From a virus (taxonomy: Duplodnaviria; Caudoviricetes), in the IMG/VR virus record IMGVR_UViG_3300020044_009235, positions 1 through 28,722 of that record: a DNA stretch of 28,722 nt, one strand, 5' to 3'. A program made the translations under genes and the position numbers. Positions 25,001 through 28,722 of this stretch are shown here, piece by piece (within the stretch, counting starts at the first letter, position 1; each line of letters opens with the position of its first letter). Below the pieces are notes generated by a model. That model was not told the origin of the DNA and made no database searches. It saw only the letters and a program-made list of their open reading frames with translations.

Positions 25001-27138
25001 AGAGATCTCTCTCCGCGTTCTGCGGCAACCATAATTCTGTGATTGCCTTCGCTGATCCAAGCCTCACCGTTGTATGCGACTTCGATGTAAGGGGCCTGCT
25101 TGCTGACTTGATCCCAGTTGTTTCGGATGTACTCAAGCGATTCGGAGCGAACATTGTCTTGCTCGCCACGCTGGCCCTTTAAAGACCGAAGAGTGTCGAT
25201 GCTTACGTTGACAGGTTTTGCCTCGCGAACGCTTGCAGTGATTTTCCCCATATATGGGACGCCCCATTCATTGCGCCCCTTAGCCTTTGCGTAATCCACT
25301 TGCTCGGCAAGCCAAGCATCATTTGGCACATCAATTTTGAGTTGAGATGTCTGGGTAGCATCGCTCCCCGCATTCAGCACCGCCCCCTGCCCCGCCTGCG
25401 CGCCGACCTTGAGCGAGAACTGGTCGTAGAGCTGGGTGGGCGTCATGCCCGTGCGCGAGGCCATCGTGCTGAAGAACGCCGACTGCAGGCGCGCGTAGGC
25501 CTCGTTCGCGTCCGACGTGAAGCGCCCCGCCTGGTCGAGCTGGGTCTTGATCGTGTCGCGGACGGTGTCGACCTCGGTCTGCCAGGCGCTCTGGTCCTGT
25601 GCCTGCTGCAGGACGCGCTCGGCTTCCTGCTCGATGAATTGCTTGCCTTGTTCTGCGATCTGCGAGGCTTCCGCCAGACTCCAGGCGTTCTCGCTGGTGC
25701 GGGCGTTCTGGAGAAAGAGCTCCTCGAGCGGCGTGCCGGGAATGGCGGCGAGCACTTCCCCGAGGGGCAGCTCGACCACGGTGTTCAGCGCAAGCGCGTC
25801 CTCCATCTGCGCAGCCGCGGAGGGAAAGCTCTGGGCGATGTCGATCCCCGACTGCGCCAGTACCTCTGCGTCCATGAAGATCGATTCGGTTGCGCCCTCG
25901 CGCTGCGCAAGGTCTTGCATAGCGCTGGCAAAGTCCTGCGGGGCGTGCGCCCGCATCTGCACCATCGAGGCCGCGGCAAAGACGTTCTGCAGTTGCCGGG
26001 CACTCGCTTCGGCCTGTCCCATCTGGTCAGCCGTGCCGGCAATCTTGTTCAGCGTCGCCACCGCGCCGCCGGTGATAAGGCTCTGCGTGAGCGTTGACAC
26101 CAGCGTGTCGTAGGCGGCACCAGGTCGCTCGGCAAAGAACTCGGGCCACGTCTTGTCGGGGTTGGCGACGGCGGTGTCGATGGCATCCTGCAGGAAGGTC
26201 GCCACCTGCTCGGTCGGCACCTCGCGCGCGATCAGCCCTGCGAGGAACTCGCCGACACCGCGCTTGCCGAGGGAGTCGGTCAGGAATTTGGTCGGGAGGA
26301 GCTCGGTCGCGACCTCGACCGCGCCCTCCCCCGTGGCACCGAGGAAACTCTCAAGGGGCGCACCCCCGCGGGTGCGGTATTTGCCGTAGGCCTCGGCTTG
26401 GGTCTGCACACCCATCGTCGCCAGCATTGGCGTGGGGCTGCGGGTTGCGATCGATGCGGCAAGGCCGGGCAAGGTGCGGAGCGTGCTCTCCACGCCGCCA
26501 TAGATCGCACGACCCGTGCGGCTCTCGATGTTGGGCCGCGTGAAGTCTGAGGCGGACTGCGATTGCGCGATCTTGCGCGCGAGATCCGCATCCTCGACGG
26601 GATCGGGCTGCACGAGCCCGGCCCATTGCAGGAAGTCCCGCATCTGGCCCTGCATGCCGCGCCGAGCCATCTCCAGCCCCTGGGGCATGGAGGCGGCGAG
26701 GCCTCGGGCAATGTTCTCAAAGGTCGGCTCGGGGCCTTTGAATGCTTTGATCGTGCCGTGCACGTCGACCAGTGCCGAGGCGTCTTTCTGCGCTTTGGCA
26801 GCAAAGAGCGGGGCGTAGCGGAAGTAGTCCCCGATGAGGGGGTCGACTTCCAGGGCGCGCGCGGTCTCCGCGACCGAGCTCTCGCGCTTCAACTGATCAA
26901 AGTTGCGCAGTGCTACATCCGGCGGCAGCCCTGTTGCAAATGCAAGCTGGCTTGCCTGCGAAGCACGAATCGCATCTGTGCCCATGGCGCGGCGGATCTG
27001 CGCACGCAGGAGCGCGTCGTCCGTGGCGACCGCTCGGGCGGGGTCAAACGCCCGGGAAGCGTCACCGGCAGAGTCTGTGCTGGGATCGAATTCGTCAGGG
27101 GCGTCAACGGGAACGGCGTTGCTCGGATCGAAACTCAT
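19093..27138 (-). CDS. Giant internal virion/ejection protein, polyvalent (ParB-like, VTIDTHA domain, ART-like, zincin motif)
   Basis: 2681-aa ORF in the core-protein position; EGNHR, VTIDTHA...MQSITWEAVR, YHGT...GEGAQAYGWGLYFA...NYVVF and FLHESGH motifs. Confidence 0.88.
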   Translation of the reverse strand: MSFDPSNAVPVDAPDEFDPSTDSAGDASRAFDPARAVATDDALLRAQIRRAMGTDAIRASQASQLAFATGLPPDVALRNFDQLKRESSVAETARALEVDPLIGDYFRYAPLFAAKAQKDASALVDVHGTIKAFKGPEPTFENIARGLAASMPQGLEMARRGMQGQMRDFLQWAGLVQPDPVEDADLARKIAQSQSASDFTRPNIESRTGRAIYGGVESTLRTLPGLAASIATRSPTPMLATMGVQTQAEAYGKYRTRGGAPLESFLGATGEGAVEVATELLPTKFLTDSLGKRGVGEFLAGLIAREVPTEQVATFLQDAIDTAVANPDKTWPEFFAERPGAAYDTLVSTLTQSLITGGAVATLNKIAGTADQMGQAEASARQLQNVFAAASMVQMRAHAPQDFASAMQDLAQREGATESIFMDAEVLAQSGIDIAQSFPSAAAQMEDALALNTVVELPLGEVLAAIPGTPLEELFLQNARTSENAWSLAEASQIAEQGKQFIEQEAERVLQQAQDQSAWQTEVDTVRDTIKTQLDQAGRFTSDANEAYARLQSAFFSTMASRTGMTPTQLYDQFSLKVGAQAGQGAVLNAGSDATQTSQLKIDVPNDAWLAEQVDYAKAKGRNEWGVPYMGKITASVREAKPVNVSIDTLRSLKGQRGEQDNVRSESLEYIRNNWDQVSKQAPYIEVAYNGEAWISEGNHRIMVAAERGERSLPVEIKYFDGGERADGPLNPAKIGLSASGDVLNQSVSTRVPWAVRPEENHFDEQLVVNMDAARRNPALLEKFAERMREIPSLRTSTAATAEEQLEDYIEQIKSNLIWLHDQFTPDIRARAKLWYDGARVIVDRLEEQYEGRYSDVQLSAAIAALSPQMDWFLNVALATRAIEIWDTQQDTVWDDRMTEAAQRTAMISEENGNAVVLAAVTGKKLSELSSDLERAFWVAAYDLANNSRDYLLVTPEGDFGEIMRTDSGAPIKGSWANGFGPIAKSISVLRDGTMANISDALGAAHKVRNFYNNIYDPTSPDGSVTIDTHAVAAGLLLPLAGSSPFVQHNLGTGGSDSKTGIKGTYPVYAEAYRRAAAEVGLLPREMQSITWEAVRSLFKPTFKAAYNRSLKSTSNAGHPLTALWREYHDGARSLDETRQELLRLSDGIPDPAWARSDRAGLDGAGSPGNTGELYQNGGMGRTSGRGAGGNDAAQTANGELAQPAYHGTPARGIDKFSTDFIGTGEGAQAYGWGLYFAGKREIAEFYREKLGAGAFEYDGKPVKGESAQRTAVELLWSWQGDKAGALDDAAGYDNSAALRREINRLNYDKIKRGGQLYEVDIPEDSEMLLWDKPLSEQPENVRKALEDGEIPNASGQNILALNPLGEELYKAISRLQGNDRAASQWLAEFGIKGIKYLDGTSRNAGDGTFNYVVFSGDDVAIRDQFYQNQQSPRGTFNPQTLLISLGESADLSTFLHESGHFFLEVMADLASRPDAPQQVVDDMNRALAWFGVPDLATWNTYTLDQKREHHEKWAESFEQYLLEGKAPSTELQPLFRRFRSWLVNVYKSLSDFMRGRNLEVNDEIRQVFDRMLATDEQIAQAEEQAGLLPEFDATNEALERLQERSMRALKWTLNARSKFLKQFTKEARDLRKGVLAEVMGEFETKPEVIAARAIRKVRNKDGAERDAKIAAIADATGYPTVEEMTAAVTALGPVNEAVEAEVDRRMLERHGDMATQEALEAAANEAVHNEARARALAAELKSQNEAMNPRETTGRTDARGRPITVNALVEAARAFGADLAARRAVGKLKNAIYLHRAAEARAGRAWQTATQKGDTQAAVQAKKDQLLNNQAVRALLDAQTEVRAAIEFFRKVTKGNNEKLVKGGRDPDVVNAMRAILGVYGIAPRTGKGAMEYLELVQKNDPAMYAVIAPGVNTALANAKPFSELTVEEVRGLTDELKSLWHLAKRSRQMEIDGDLLDLEDLADQLYARMEDIGIPDVLPGEKGALTDAEIRKRNWLQQAPAILRRVEQWAEAKDGAFGGPFLRFIFQPVKIAADRYRADRLVYRRKFQALVDAIEPTMAKTLIAAPELDYTFGRGHNGIGMAEVLHAILHTGNDSNKRKLLLGREWATENPDGTLDTSRWDAFIARLITEGTLTKAHYDFAQGVWDLMEETKPLAQKTHRDVFGRYFAEVTANEVQTPFGTYRGGYVPAQADPLLVQDADQRELLETENAGMSYAFPATNKGFTKGRVEYNRPLKLDLRTLPQHIDKVLLFSHMEPAVRGVDRLLRRKKIAQALNKIDPAAINGMLKPWLNRSARQTVETPVSADAGLNRMLSQARARTGMALMLANVSNTLQQITGFSTALLKVKGSHIRRAVAQYIADPQQLKNTVWSLSPYMADRASNEVAVLSDTLEAILLNPSVYESSERFTRRHAYFLQTGMDNQMSPIIWTGAYNQALVEGMGDRMARRFADGVIRQTQGSTLPEDVSRIETGTAFARAFTQFVGYFNMLANTNATAIQQIAQEQGLRKGAGKAFGVLMVGMMIPIWVAEVIAHAMRGGPEDEDDDGYLDDWLAAVFGFGTIRGILSGVPGIAQIGQSMVNRFNDNPADDRFSLSPTVSVLESAAAAPQSVYKAIVDEGSAQKAVRDMSALITLATGLPAMTLARPLGYAAGVAQGKIEPTGPVDAARGLVTGTASPESKNP
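23535..23753 (-). CDS. Small gene overprinted in an alternative frame of the giant protein
   Basis: GGAGAG RBS before ATG 23753; 72 aa with DPIEQAL...PVTRESYIKMAG...DAELAETMP; host frame is low-complexity here. Confidence 0.6.
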   Translation of the reverse strand: MTAPDPLMKPDKNSSGSRMGYPTQPGPDPIEQALMAQGRPVTRESYIKMAGWEEPLDAELAETMPLRLQTES

Positions 27139-28574
27139 TGAACGGTCTCCCAGTTTCCGTTCCCTCGGTAGATCGCGCGCTCTCCCGTTTTCTTGTCCCG
27201 GTACTCCTTGCCCACTTCAAACTGACCGTATCCGCCCATTTCTTGTATGCGGTCGGATTTCTCGAGCATGTACCGTGGGGTCTTGTCATTCCAATACGTG
27301 CCAAAGTATTCACCGGGCACGACCTTGTTGATCAGCAGGTCGTCCATGATCTTGGCCTTCTCGTCGTAGTTGGGTGCGCGACCCTTTTCCTGCTGGAACC
27401 GGGAGATCTCGTCGTAGGCGGCACGCTTGAAATCAAGAAAGTCCGACTCGTCCAGGTCGCCCTTGAACAGGGAGAACATCTGCTCGGTCGTCGCCACCTG
27501 AGCCGCCGTGTCAGGTTTGGTCATGTCCTGCTGGAGCTTGACCAGTCGGTCCATGTCCGCCTGCGCAAACGACTCCACAAGCGGGCGCAGATCCACCTGC
27601 TTACCCGATGCGATGTCGAGCAGGGTCTGGTTGTAGAGCTTGTCGTCTGTTTTGATCGTGGTGCCCTTGGCCTCGCGATCTGCACGGCTTTCAATCGCAT
27701 TGGCAAGCTGCGCAGCCTCACGGCCGGGAAGTGCCGCTAGCACACTGGGTGCTACAGTTTGGCGCTGGGCAAAGAGGCCCCACGCTGAGTCCAGCAGTTT
27801 TTCCTCGGCCTCGCGCTTCGCCTTCTCCGCATCGGCCTCGCGCTGCTTGGCCTCGATCTCGACGTTGCGCTCCAGGCTCTTGCGCACGGCGCCCTGCTTG
27901 CCGGCATCGATCTCGTCGATGTTCGCAGTGAAGTACGCCAGGCCCTCCTCGGCAGAGAGGTTATCGATCTGGGCCATGTGCATATCGGACACGTAGCCTG
28001 CCACGCGCGCCTGCACCTGCTCGGTGGTCCAGCCCTTGCGGGCACCGACGACGGCGACCTTCTCGCGCACCTGGTCCTTGGTAGTGGCGATGTCGCCGTT
28101 GGTGACCCCGAACTGGATCGTCGTTGCGATGTCCGCGTTCGCCACCTCGTCGGCGTGGCGCTCGCGCTCGGCCGAAGTGAAGCCCAGCACGGACGCTTCG
28201 GCCTGCACGCGCTTTTGCTGGAGCGAGCGTCCGATCAGCGCACGCGCGCGGGGCGAGAGATCCTTGCCGTAGGTCTCGGCGGCGGTGTTCCACCAGTCGG
28301 TGGCGGACTTCTGGTAGGCATCGACATTCTCTCCGCGGCCTTGGGCGCGAGCTTCGCTGTCCCACTTCAACCAGTCCGAGGTGACGCGGCTCTCGACGTC
28401 ATAGGCCTCGGTCTGCGCTTTGCGCTCTTGATAGAGGTCGATGCCCTCGCCCAGATTGGCCAGGCCCTGCCCGATCGCGCGGGTGCCGGAGGACACATCG
28501 AGCGGGCGCGCCGTCGGGGTGCGCAGCGGTGCCGTGGCGAGCTGCGGGCCGTCGTAGACCGGAACCTGCGGCAT
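27135..28574 (-). CDS. Internal virion (ejection) protein
   Basis: MPQVPVYD start, helical Ala/Glu-rich protein directly upstream of and overlapping the giant core gene. Confidence 0.78.
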   Translation of the reverse strand: MPQVPVYDGPQLATAPLRTPTARPLDVSSGTRAIGQGLANLGEGIDLYQERKAQTEAYDVESRVTSDWLKWDSEARAQGRGENVDAYQKSATDWWNTAAETYGKDLSPRARALIGRSLQQKRVQAEASVLGFTSAERERHADEVANADIATTIQFGVTNGDIATTKDQVREKVAVVGARKGWTTEQVQARVAGYVSDMHMAQIDNLSAEEGLAYFTANIDEIDAGKQGAVRKSLERNVEIEAKQREADAEKAKREAEEKLLDSAWGLFAQRQTVAPSVLAALPGREAAQLANAIESRADREAKGTTIKTDDKLYNQTLLDIASGKQVDLRPLVESFAQADMDRLVKLQQDMTKPDTAAQVATTEQMFSLFKGDLDESDFLDFKRAAYDEISRFQQEKGRAPNYDEKAKIMDDLLINKVVPGEYFGTYWNDKTPRYMLEKSDRIQEMGGYGQFEVGKEYRDKKTGERAIYRGNGNWETVQ

Positions 28575-28577
28575 GGA

Positions 28578-28721
28578 TCAGCCCCCGTACCCGTTCAAGT
28601 ACCAGTTGGAGTTTTTGCCGAGGGCGTTCTTGGGAGCCCCTGCGGAACTGCCTGACGCCGAGCTGGGCGTCCACTTGCTGGCGACCTGCCCCGCCCCCGA
28701 GAGAAGCGTGCCGGCAGCGCC
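28578..28721 (-). CDS. Partial C-terminus of a small internal virion protein
   Basis: Hand translation GAAGTLLSGAGQVASKWTPSS...WYLNGYGG*; stop 3 nt before the next start. Confidence 0.65.
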   Translation of the reverse strand, partial: GAAGTLLSGAGQVASKWTPSSASGSSAGAPKNALGKNSNWYLNGYGG

Positions 28722-28722
28722 C

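Larger units (their letters stand above)
1..28722. mobile_element. Temperate tailed phage genome segment (BPP-1/APSE-like podovirus organisation), apparently non-integrated form
   Basis: Portal, terminase, primase, cro/cI switch, replication genes, lysis genes, tail and internal virion genes with no host genes; att-like site has phage genes on both sides. Confidence 0.93.

Overview
The window is ~28.7 kb of a GC-rich temperate tailed phage with a BPP-1/APSE-like podovirus layout. The left minus-strand block holds portal, terminase, an HTH protein, a repeat-rich putative origin, primase-helicase and a Cro-like gene. The plus-strand block holds a CI-like repressor, Cas4-like DUF2800 nuclease, DUF2815 SSB, a family-B-type DNA polymerase, VRR-NUC and an SNF2 helicase. 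The right minus-strand block holds internal virion proteins (including a 2681-aa polyvalent protein), tail fibre, endolysin, holin and a beta-helix tailspike. No integrase is visible in the window. Instead there is an intact dif-like site at 14715-14742 with a near-consensus XerC arm, a perfect TGTATA spacer and a degenerate XerD arm. It lies directly upstream of an HTH+DUF3653 (XafT-like) gene, suggesting a tailed phage that integrates through host XerCD in the manner of TLC-phi. Other notable signals: a palindromic operator family that also overlaps the att site, a hairpin hiding the XafT-like RBS, a three-copy late-promoter motif, a small gene overprinted in the giant virion protein, and an apparently inverted portal C-terminus at the window start. 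All protein calls come from motif recognition by eye, without database searches.
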